Part shown: in pieces, positions 43,900-52,038 of the stretch
Layout: every line of letters begins with the position of its first letter
How positions within the stretch are numbered: the stretch's first letter is position 1
Source: Acidimicrobiales bacterium
GTDB lineage: Bacteria; Actinomycetota; Acidimicrobiia; Acidimicrobiales; Palsa-688
NCBI GenBank assembly: GCA_035533095.1
Contig: DATLUM010000012.1
Coordinates: forward strand, 61-64,060
Direction of reading: 5' to 3'
Length of the DNA: 64,000 nt
Translations under genes and position numbers: made by a program
Notes under the pieces: generated by a model
The model's input: only the letters and a program-made list of their open reading frames with translations
The model's database searches: none
Told to the model about the DNA's origin: nothing

Positions 43900-44352
43900 T
43901 CAACTAGCTGCCACCGGGATCTTCTTGGGCGGCTCTTCCGGAGCGGGTTCCGTTACGTGGACCCGTACCTCGAGGACCCCGTCCTTGTAGACGGCCTTGA
44001 CGTCGTCCTCGGACGCTCCCTCCGGCATTTGCAGTTCCCGCGTAAAGCTGCCGTAGCGCAACTCGTGGCGGTAGAAGTCCTTCTTCTCAGTGGTCTCTTC
44101 CTGCTTGCGCTCCGCTGAGATGCGCAGGGTGCCGTTGCTGAGCGTCACTTCGACGTCCTTCTCCGGGTCGATCCCGGGAAGATCGGCTCGGATGACGAGG
44201 TTCCCGTTCTCGCGGTACTCCTCGACCCTGAGGGTGTCTTCCAGGGTGTCCGGCCAGAGCATTATCGGCCGGCGAAACATGTCGGGATAGCGCCCGAAGA
44301 AGCGGTCGAACACGTCGAAAGCCTTCGGCGACTCGCGCCGCACCAGTGCCAT
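43900..44352 (-). CDS. Hsp20/alpha-crystallin family small heat-shock protein
   Basis: LVIRADLPGIDPEKDVEVTLSNGTLRISAERK...YGSFTRELQMPEGASEDDVKAVYKDGVLEVRV. ATG 44352 preceded by GGAGGAG. Confidence 0.9.
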   Translation of the reverse strand: MALVRRESPKAFDVFDRFFGRYPDMFRRPIMLWPDTLEDTLRVEEYRENGNLVIRADLPGIDPEKDVEVTLSNGTLRISAERKQEETTEKKDFYRHELRYGSFTRELQMPEGASEDDVKAVYKDGVLEVRVHVTEPAPEEPPKKIPVAAS

Positions 44353-44423
44353 AGCTCCTCCTTTTCTATTTGATGGGTCTTGTGTCATCAACCAGATTGA
44401 CCCGGACCGGCAGCCTCCGTGTA

Positions 44424-44437
44424 GGGGCGAACGCCCT
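44424..44437. promoter_or_regulatory. DosR-box-like palindrome, 1 mismatch: GGGGCGAACGCCCT
   Basis: In the hsp20/ADH divergent gap. TA flank on the left. Confidence 0.4.
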
Positions 44438-44450
44438 TTCTTCTGGCGGA

Positions 44451-44464
44451 GGGACCTTCGACTC
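44451..44464. promoter_or_regulatory. DosR-box-like palindrome, 1 mismatch: GGGACCTTCGACTC
   Basis: The second site in the hsp20/ADH divergent gap. Its left half and centre are identical to the box at 33040. Confidence 0.4.
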
Positions 44465-44525
44465 TGTCCTCGACCACTCACTCGCCCTTACGGTCGCACC
44501 AGTCAAACGAACGAGGAGGGACGCC

Positions 44526-45569
44526 ATGCGTGCATTGGTGTACCACGGTCCCGGCAGCAAGGCATGGGAGGAAGTCCCCGACCCGACGCTGCAGGCCGAC
44601 ACAGACGCCATCGTGCGGGTTGACGCCGTGACCATCTGCGGCACCGACCTTCACATTCTCAAGGGTGATGTCCCGGCGGTCACGGACGGACGCATTCTCG
44701 GTCACGAAGCGGTCGGCACGATCGAAGCCGTGGGCTCCTCGGTCAAGAATGTCCGGGTCGGTGACCGGGTGCTGGTCTCCTGCATCACCGCCTGCGGGGC
44801 GTGCAGGTTCTGCCGCGAGGGTCGCTACGGCCAGTGCCTGGGCGGGGGCGGCTGGATCCTGGGTCACAAGATCGACGGCACCCAGGCCGAGTTCGTGAGG
44901 GTCCCCTTCGCGGACACGTCCACTTACTTGGCCCCGGCCGGCGTCTCCGACGAGGAGCTCCTGATGCTGGCCGACATCCTGCCCACGGGTTACGAGGTCG
45001 GCGTTCTGAACGGTCGGGTGTCGCCCGGCGACGTCGTCGCAGTGGTCGGGGCCGGCCCGATCGGACTATCGGCGATCATGGGCGCGAGGCTCTACAGCCC
45101 GGCGCACGTCATCGCGATCGACAAGGCCGACACGCGCCTCGACGCGGCGAAGCTGTTCGGTGCCGACATCACGGTCAACAACGACTGGGAGGACGCGATA
45201 GAGGTCGTCAAGAGCCTCACCGACGGCCTTGGTGCCGACGTGGCCATCGAAGCCGTCGGGGTGCCGGCGACGTTCGAGCTCGCTGCGGGGCTCATCCGCC
45301 CCTGCGGCCGGGTTGCCAACATCGGAGTTCACGGCGAGCCGGTGACGCTGCACCTCGAGGATCTCTGGATCAAAGACGTGACCGTGACGACTGGCCTCGT
45401 CGACACGTTCTCCACGCCCACTCTGCTCAAGCTCACGGCCGGGCGCCAAGTCGACGCGCACCGGTTCGTCACGCATCACTTTCCGATGGACGACTTCCTC
45501 GAGGCGTACGACGTGTTCTCCCGTGCGGGCGACACCGGTGCCCTGAAGGTGGTCCTCACCCGTAGCTGA
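44526..45569 (+). CDS. zinc-dependent alcohol dehydrogenase
   Basis: MRALVYHGPG..., ICGTDLH, GHEAVG, CGACRFCREGRYGQC. ATG 44526 preceded by GAGGAGGGA. Confidence 0.9.
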   Translation: MRALVYHGPGSKAWEEVPDPTLQADTDAIVRVDAVTICGTDLHILKGDVPAVTDGRILGHEAVGTIEAVGSSVKNVRVGDRVLVSCITACGACRFCREGRYGQCLGGGGWILGHKIDGTQAEFVRVPFADTSTYLAPAGVSDEELLMLADILPTGYEVGVLNGRVSPGDVVAVVGAGPIGLSAIMGARLYSPAHVIAIDKADTRLDAAKLFGADITVNNDWEDAIEVVKSLTDGLGADVAIEAVGVPATFELAAGLIRPCGRVANIGVHGEPVTLHLEDLWIKDVTVTTGLVDTFSTPTLLKLTAGRQVDAHRFVTHHFPMDDFLEAYDVFSRAGDTGALKVVLTRS

Positions 45570-45584
45570 AATGCACGAATACCC

Positions 45585-46223
45585 ATGAACTACGAACACA
45601 CCGGGTCCCCGACAGTAATCGAGGTCTTCGCCGACATCTGGTGCCCGTTCACACACGTCGGCCTCCACGCCCTGAGCGAACAGCTCGGGGCGGAGGATCG
45701 CCGCGACGTCCGGATCTGGGTACGCTCCTGGCCACTCGAGTGGGTCAATGGCAAACCAATGGACGCAGACCACGCGGTCCGGCACAGCGTGGAGCTGCGC
45801 GAGCAGGCGACGCCCTACCTTTTCGAAGAATTCGACGGTTCACATTTCCCGAAGTCGACGATTCCCGTGCTCGCCCTCGTCGCCAAGGGATACAAGGTCG
45901 GGTACCGGGTGGGGGAGTCCTTGAGCTTCGAGGTGAGGGAGTTCCTGTTCGAGCACGGGCAAGACGTGTCCGATCCGGTGATCCTCAGCCGGATCGGCCG
46001 GTACTACGACCTCGGCCCGCCGGGCCCCGACGACTATGCAACGGTCGTAGCCGATTGGAAGGAGGGCATAGACCGCGGCGTGCGCGGCTCCCCTCATTTC
46101 TTCTGCGGAGAGGCGGACATCTACTGCCCGTCCCTGGACATCGCCACGCAGCCCGAAGGCAAGAGCAAGACGATTCGTGGGAACCTCGAACGTCTCGGGC
46201 TATTCGTGGACGGTTGCCGTTAA
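45585..46223 (+). CDS. DsbA-like thioredoxin-fold protein with a CPFT (single-Cys) motif
   Basis: VIEVFADIWCPFTHVGL at the position of the CxxC motif. No signal peptide. Confidence 0.65.
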   Translation: MNYEHTGSPTVIEVFADIWCPFTHVGLHALSEQLGAEDRRDVRIWVRSWPLEWVNGKPMDADHAVRHSVELREQATPYLFEEFDGSHFPKSTIPVLALVAKGYKVGYRVGESLSFEVREFLFEHGQDVSDPVILSRIGRYYDLGPPGPDDYATVVADWKEGIDRGVRGSPHFFCGEADIYCPSLDIATQPEGKSKTIRGNLERLGLFVDGCR

Positions 46224-46237
46224 AGAGGGTCCCGTAA

Positions 46238-46818
46238 TCACAGCGCCGAAGCGCCGGCGACGACATCGATCAACACCGCCTGGCCGTCGACGATGACACC
46301 TCGGGTAGAAGTCGAGTAGCCGAATGCGGTGCCGGCGGTGCCACTGTCCGGTGTCGCCAGGTAGGTTGCCCACCTGCTGGCATCGCCCGGAGCGGTTCCC
46401 ACGTCGATTATGGACTTGGATCCTCCGGATTCGACCACCTCGACGCCGACTGCACCCGTGAACCCTGAGCACCCGGTAACCCAGGATCCCGCCGCAGTAG
46501 GGAACGGGCTGTCGCAGGTGTGCCCGCCCGAGTCGACGAACATCCCCGGAAGCACCGCCGTTTCCTTGCCGTCCGCCGCCAGCGCTTGCCTGGCCACAGT
46601 TGAGCCACGAGCGCCTCCGACGACCCGCACGCCGGCACGAACTCGGACGCGTCGAACGCCTGGCCTGCTGAGGTCGCCAGTGCGGGTGGGGTGATGTCGG
46701 TCTGCGCGGCGCCGACCTCGAATGCCGGGTCGGTCGCGACCGTCGCCATCGCCGGGTAGGTGAGCAGGCAGATCAGGCCGGTGCAGGCCGCCAGGACAGC
46801 TAGTCGCCCACGTCTCAC
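46238..46818 (-). pseudogene. secreted/lipoprotein gene split over two frames (frameshift near 46590-46605), translationally coupled to the S8 peptidase
   Basis: Frame A reads VRRGRLAVLAACTGLICLLTYPAMATVATDP...SSEALVAQLWPGK. Frame B continues ...LAADGKETAVLPGMFVDSGGHTCDSP...VIVDGQAVLIDVVAGASAL. GTG 46818 overlaps the S8 stop (GTGA). Confidence 0.5.
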
Positions 46819-49800
46819 TGGCACGACGGCTCCAGAGCAGCGGTCCACTGGAGGTTGTTGGTGTTCGACAGGTCGTGGTGCTCACGCGGCCACGGTCCGC
46901 TCGAGGCGCACCGAGGCGTGGATGTAGACCACACGAACAGGTCTCCGTCGCGTGTCCCGGCCACCACTACCTGGTCGTCCAATGATCCCAAGGGGCCAAA
47001 CGACGGGCTGTTCACCACCCACCCCCCGGTGAACTTGGGGAATCCCGGTGCTTCCTGGCCCGCGGAGTTCACGGCGCGGATGTCCGCGTTGGCGCTGCCC
47101 TCCACCACGAACGGTCCTCCGGACGCACCGGCGACGTCGGCGACGATGGGCTGGTCGAAGAACTGGAGGTCGTTGACCACCTGAGGGAACGCCGCCTGCA
47201 TGGTCGCCGTCGAGGTGTTCCAGGCGTCGACCTGGTTGTCGTTGGCGTACTGCTCCGCCGGCAGGGCGGCGTCGAGAGCCTTGCCTAGCGAGGCCGCAGG
47301 AGCCACGAAGCTCGTCCCCGGCGCCCCGCCACCCAATGGTGCGAAGACCGGCATTCCGAGACCCGGGATGCTCGGCACGTCCTGGGAGTTGGCGAGCGGG
47401 CCGACCGCCGACATGGAGAGTCCTATCGGCTCGCCGTCCGGGCCGTTGCCGTAGATCGACTGGCCGGACGAGTTGAAGATGTACGCAGGCCCTACAGAGG
47501 TCATGTCGCCGACGTCGAGTTTCCCGTTCCCGCTGAGGTCGGCCAGCGCCGGCGAAGCGGTGGTCCCATCTGCCACGTCCGGGAGCAGCCCCGCGTCGAG
47601 GTCGACCATCTGAGCCGGCCAGCCGGGGCGGATCGCGCACGCGTCCGGTTGGGCGGTCCCGTGCGAGCAGTTCGCCGACGTGGCGCTGCCTGAGGCGTTG
47701 AGCGCGTAGACCCGGCTGTTGGCCGGGTTCAACAGCGACGCGCCCGCCGCGTCGAGCCCCCAGTTGACCGCGTTGACCTCGCTGATCGCGCAGTTCGGGT
47801 CACCCGGTTTCTCGGCGAGGTTGGCGCCGGGAACCGTCGCCGGGTTGCACCCGTACTCCTCGTCGGTTCCGATCACGAGATCGGGTGGCCCGTCCCCGCC
47901 GGCCAGGCTCCCGATCGCGGGTGTGTCGAGGATCATCGAGCCCATCTGGACGTCCACCCCGGGCTTGAAGGTCACGTGGTTGGTGACCGGGTCGACGGCG
48001 GCGACCTCAGCGGGGTCGGCGACCAGCACCGGGTAACCCGGCAGAAGTTCGCCCGAGGGAGACCAGGCGTACACATGACGGTCCAGCGAGGACACGACGA
48101 CGTCGAGGTGTCCGTCGCCTGTCAGGTCCGCGAGGGCCGGAGCGCCCACGATCCCCGGGAGCAGGCGGTTGTTCGGGTCCCGCGGGTCCACCGAGGGGTC
48201 GGTACCGGAAGTCGTTCCGGCATAGGGCGCGGGATCTCGCGAATAGGCCGGTGTGGTGTTGACGGGGAAACCCGGCAACAAGGCTCCGCCGGCGTCCCAC
48301 GCGTAGACGTTCCCGCACATGTCGGACAGGACCACGTCGGGGCTGGTCTTTTCCCCCGTTAGGTTCCCGACCGCGACACCCCCGACGATGCTGCAGTGCG
48401 GCTCTGCCGTCACGGAGCCGCTGGTGTACGCCGCCTCGTGCGCCGTGAGCTCCGCCTGCCCCGGGAGAAGCTCCGTTCGCACGGGCCATCCAGGCAGCTC
48501 CGACATCTTCCCGCTCGGGTCGGGTGAGTACGCGTGGATCGTGCCGTCGGCCGTGGGAACGATCAAAGCGTTCTTGCCGCCGGGACCAATGGGTGCAAGC
48601 GTCGGTGCGGCGTCGACCGAGCCGCCGAAGCCGGTTGCCGGTACCTCGTTGCTCACGACCCCGGCTCCCTCGGCCGGCTGCACGGCGGTTCCTGTGAGCA
48701 GCGTCGGATCGTGCTGCAGGTACTCGGTGCGACGGTCCATACCGATGAGCCCGCCGGCGTCGCTGACCACCAGCCGCAACGTGAATGCGTCCGCATCCGG
48801 CTGGGGTCGCCCTCCCGCCGCGGTCCCGTTGTCGGATGGAGGCAACTGCGACGCGATCTTCGACAAGATCGAAGAACTCAGCTTGAAGGTCTCGCTCACC
48901 GCCGCCCCGCCCGGTCCGCCCGACCCGGTCCCCCCGGCGATGTCGTACCACGACCCGGGCCCGGGTTGGGTTCCGATGCCGTACTGCAGCTGCCAGTGGT
49001 AGGTGCCGGACGTGCGCACCGCCGCAGCGAGCAACGGCACCGGCAGCGATTGCGACGGGTCGTAGGTCTGGAACCACTGCATCTCCCCGAACGACGCTTC
49101 CGGTGGGATCTTGCCGGCGGACAGCCAGTCGAGGATGTTCGCAGCGTCGAGCCGTCCGTAGCCGGTGTACATGTCGAACCCCGGCTGCGTGGGGTACCGG
49201 GTGGTCGGGACGGGCGACGCAACCGCGTAGTTGTCCGGCGGTGCGGCGAACGGCGAGCTCGCACTCGGAAGGACCGCTGTCTGGAAGTCGATGTCGTCCG
49301 CCGACATCTCGATCAGCTCGCGGATTTCCGTCGATGAAAGAGCGACCGGCGCGCCTGCCACGTTCTTCAATCCCGGGTAGGGCGAGAGCTTGCCGGCACC
49401 GAGGAGGTTTCGCGCCTCGGATTCGATCAATCCGGTGACGCCGCCCGTCTTGCCGGTCGCTTCCGACGAGCAGCTCGCGCTCTCGACGCTCACTCCGATG
49501 TTCGCCCCGTAGTTGGTGCAACCGTTCAGGTACAGGTAGCTCGGGGGCTGGTACAGGCCGAGGCTCTGCCCGCCGCCGGATTCCGAGGGTGACTGGGTGA
49601 CGCTGTTGACGACGATCGTTCCCGGGAGGTCGCCGGGCTCGTTCTTGTGCTCGGCCTCCTCGTCTGCGGCGCTCGAGATGACCGGGACTCCGTGAGCGTT
49701 GGCGTAGGCGATCGCCTGGGCGGCTGTTGTGGTCACGTCGAGGGTACCGAGCGCCTCCTGCAACACCGAGGCTCCGCTGTCGACCGCGAAGAGGACGCCG

Positions 49801-50921
49801 CGGGCGAAGTCGCTGGAGGATGCGATGAAGCTTTCGCCGACCCGGATGGGCAGCACGGTGCAGCTCGGACACGCTCCGACCTCTTGGCCGATCGCGTCGG
49901 CAGCCCCGGTCGAGTCCTCGGCTTCACCGCTGCCGTGGCCGTAGAGCACGTCGTCGTAGGGGTCGTTGGTGTTGTCAACGAAGTTCCAGCCCGCGATCGC
50001 TTCGGTGAACCCGGCGGGTACCTGACCCGGGTAGGGCGGGTCCTCGGGACCGGCGCTGGGGCTCGGGTAGTAGTACGGCGACGACGGAGATCCGAACGTG
50101 CGGATCAGGTCCTCAGGCGAGATGTACTTGCCGCAGAAGAGGCCCTTGGACGGGCTCGCCGCTGTCGCTGCCGCCACCCGGGCGTCCGAGGCGTACTGCG
50201 CGACGTTGAAGATGCCGGTGTTGTCGAGGTCGTAGGGATCGCCGTCCGCGAACGTGACGCCTTGCGCCTCGAGTTGTGGTTTGGTGAGGCCTGCTTCGTT
50301 CTCCGGGTAGGGCAGGGCGCCGCGGTTGAGCGCGATCTTGTCCACCACCGACGTGTCGCACCACTCGATGCCGGAGTCGGTGATCGCGATGACCGTGTCG
50401 GGTCTCCCGGTGGTGACCTGCCAGGCCCTGTCGACGGAGTTGCCCTCCACGCCGCACAGCTCCTGGGGGTTCTGCGAGACGAGGGAGTTGGTGCTGCGCG
50501 CGCTGGTGAGCTTCCAGTCGCCGCCTCCGTTGGCCCAGTTCGCCGGCCGAACGGGTGGCGTGGCCGTTGCCGTGTGGAGATACGCGGCGTAGTCCTCGGG
50601 GTTCGTGCCGGTGGGCGGTTGTGGCCAGAGGGGGGTGCCGGTCGTGGTCTGTGTGTCGTTGCCCGGGCCGCCCTGGTTGGACGGGATGGCGGGACACGAT
50701 CCCGGCCGGGGGTTGTCGGGCGCCACCGGTGCTGCCGGGGTCGCCGCCGGCGCGACGATCGCCGGCTTCGGCATGGATGTGGCGATGGCGGGCCCGCCGG
50801 CCAGCGCGGCGGCCGTCAGGGCGCCCGCCGCCACCAGCAACCTCCGCCGCCGCGACCTGCCCGTAACTTCGGAAGTTTTGCTCATTCCGGACATCTGATT
50901 CGACGCTGACGCCTGCGTCAC
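46815..50921 (-). CDS. very large secreted S8 (subtilisin-like) peptidase with C-terminal FG-GAP/VCBS-type repeats
   Basis: VIAITDSGIEW (Asp), LYGHGSGEAED (His), SCSSEATGKTGGVTGL (Ser). RRRRLL signal-like N-terminus. Repeats ADLTGDGHLDVVVSS, ADLSGNGKLDV, GSLAGGDGPPDLVIGTD. Confidence 0.85.
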   Translation of the reverse strand: MTQASASNQMSGMSKTSEVTGRSRRRRLLVAAGALTAAALAGGPAIATSMPKPAIVAPAATPAAPVAPDNPRPGSCPAIPSNQGGPGNDTQTTTGTPLWPQPPTGTNPEDYAAYLHTATATPPVRPANWANGGGDWKLTSARSTNSLVSQNPQELCGVEGNSVDRAWQVTTGRPDTVIAITDSGIEWCDTSVVDKIALNRGALPYPENEAGLTKPQLEAQGVTFADGDPYDLDNTGIFNVAQYASDARVAAATAASPSKGLFCGKYISPEDLIRTFGSPSSPYYYPSPSAGPEDPPYPGQVPAGFTEAIAGWNFVDNTNDPYDDVLYGHGSGEAEDSTGAADAIGQEVGACPSCTVLPIRVGESFIASSSDFARGVLFAVDSGASVLQEALGTLDVTTTAAQAIAYANAHGVPVISSAADEEAEHKNEPGDLPGTIVVNSVTQSPSESGGGQSLGLYQPPSYLYLNGCTNYGANIGVSVESASCSSEATGKTGGVTGLIESEARNLLGAGKLSPYPGLKNVAGAPVALSSTEIRELIEMSADDIDFQTAVLPSASSPFAAPPDNYAVASPVPTTRYPTQPGFDMYTGYGRLDAANILDWLSAGKIPPEASFGEMQWFQTYDPSQSLPVPLLAAAVRTSGTYHWQLQYGIGTQPGPGSWYDIAGGTGSGGPGGAAVSETFKLSSSILSKIASQLPPSDNGTAAGGRPQPDADAFTLRLVVSDAGGLIGMDRRTEYLQHDPTLLTGTAVQPAEGAGVVSNEVPATGFGGSVDAAPTLAPIGPGGKNALIVPTADGTIHAYSPDPSGKMSELPGWPVRTELLPGQAELTAHEAAYTSGSVTAEPHCSIVGGVAVGNLTGEKTSPDVVLSDMCGNVYAWDAGGALLPGFPVNTTPAYSRDPAPYAGTTSGTDPSVDPRDPNNRLLPGIVGAPALADLTGDGHLDVVVSSLDRHVYAWSPSGELLPGYPVLVADPAEVAAVDPVTNHVTFKPGVDVQMGSMILDTPAIGSLAGGDGPPDLVIGTDEEYGCNPATVPGANLAEKPGDPNCAISEVNAVNWGLDAAGASLLNPANSRVYALNASGSATSANCSHGTAQPDACAIRPGWPAQMVDLDAGLLPDVADGTTASPALADLSGNGKLDVGDMTSVGPAYIFNSSGQSIYGNGPDGEPIGLSMSAVGPLANSQDVPSIPGLGMPVFAPLGGGAPGTSFVAPAASLGKALDAALPAEQYANDNQVDAWNTSTATMQAAFPQVVNDLQFFDQPIVADVAGASGGPFVVEGSANADIRAVNSAGQEAPGFPKFTGGWVVNSPSFGPLGSLDDQVVVAGTRDGDLFVWSTSTPRCASSGPWPREHHDLSNTNNLQWTAALEPSCQ

Positions 50922-50967
50922 CTTTCGTGGGCCGCCAGTTCTTCGTGCGCGTTGCGAGCCGGAATTC

Positions 50968-50981
50968 GGGACGTTCGACCC
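50968..50981. promoter_or_regulatory. DosR-box-like palindrome GGGACGTTCGACCC
   Basis: Fits GGGNC-NWWN-GNCCC. 47 nt upstream of the S8 ORF start and 53 nt upstream of the plus-strand small ORF. Confidence 0.45.
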
Positions 50982-51033
50982 TACGCAGGGGGTGCCCTGC
51001 GCGCTTACCGTTCCGAACTGGAGGTGGTGCAGG

Positions 51034-51263
51034 TGACCGGCGAACTGGTGCTCGCTGAGATGGTGAGAGGGTGGGCCGAGACCCGGTTCCCGGACGACCC
51101 GGGCGCGGTGGACCTTGCTGTGATGGTTGCTGAGCGCGCCTACAAGGCCGGCGCTTCGGTCAGCGAGGCCTGCCAGCGCGCCATGGACGCGGTCACCAGC
51201 CGGTCACTGCACCCTTCCCAGAGGCGTACCGTTACTGCCCGCCCGGAGCGCTTGGCGTCGTAA
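51034..51263 (+). CDS. hypothetical 76-aa helical protein
   Basis: GTG 51034. Very high GC3 by manual count. VTGELVLAEMVRGWAETRFPDDPGAVDLAVMVAERAYKAGASVSEACQRAM... Confidence 0.5.
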
Positions 51264-51319
51264 AGAGGTTCTCGCCATGGTGGAGGAACACGGCAGCCTC
51301 CGGAGACGTTGGAACCCTC

Positions 51320-52027
51320 GTGCTCGTAGAGATCTGGTCCGATGTCGTCTGTCCTTGGTGCTACATCGGAAAGCGGCGCTTCGAAGCCGCCATGGAGCGT
51401 TTCGAGCACAAGGACGAGGTCGAGGTTCGCTGGCGGAGTTTCGAGTTGGACCCGAGGGCCCCGTTCCGCCGGTCCGGCACGATGGCCGACCACATCGCCA
51501 CCAAGTACGGCATGTCACGTGAGGAGGCCGCGGGCCGGCTCGACAGCATGAACCGCCTGGCGGCCAGGGAAGGTCTCGACTACGACCTTGCGCGTACGCA
51601 GGGCGGCAATTCGCTGGATGCCCACCGCCTGATCCACCTCGGCTACGCCGCCGGCGACGCCACCGGCGGCGAGGTCAACGAAGCTCTCCTCAAGGCCTAT
51701 TTTGTCGACCTGCTCCCGATCAGCGAACCGGACGTTCTCTTGGAGACCGGCTCGCGCGTCGGTCTCGAACCGGGGGAGATCCGGGCGATTCTCGAGGGAG
51801 ACCGGTTCGTCGCGGAGGTGCGGGCGGACGAGCTCGAAGCGGCGCGGCTCGGATGCACCGGGGTGCCGTTCTTCGTCATCGACCGAGCGTTCGCGATCCC
51901 AGGCGCTCAGGACGTCGAGACGTTCGCCCTGACCCTCGAACGCGCCTGGGGCCGCTCGCACCCCGCCGAGCCCGAGACCGTGGTCGCAGACGGCGCCGTC
52001 TGCACCGACGGTGACTGCCCGATCTGA
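51320..52027 (+). CDS. DsbA family oxidoreductase (FrnE-like, cytoplasmic)
   Basis: VEIWSDVVCPWCYIGKRRFE with a CPWC motif, and C-terminal GVPFFVI. Confidence 0.85.
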   Translation: MLVEIWSDVVCPWCYIGKRRFEAAMERFEHKDEVEVRWRSFELDPRAPFRRSGTMADHIATKYGMSREEAAGRLDSMNRLAAREGLDYDLARTQGGNSLDAHRLIHLGYAAGDATGGEVNEALLKAYFVDLLPISEPDVLLETGSRVGLEPGEIRAILEGDRFVAEVRADELEAARLGCTGVPFFVIDRAFAIPGAQDVETFALTLERAWGRSHPAEPETVVADGAVCTDGDCPI

Positions 52028-52038
52028 CAGCCGGATTT

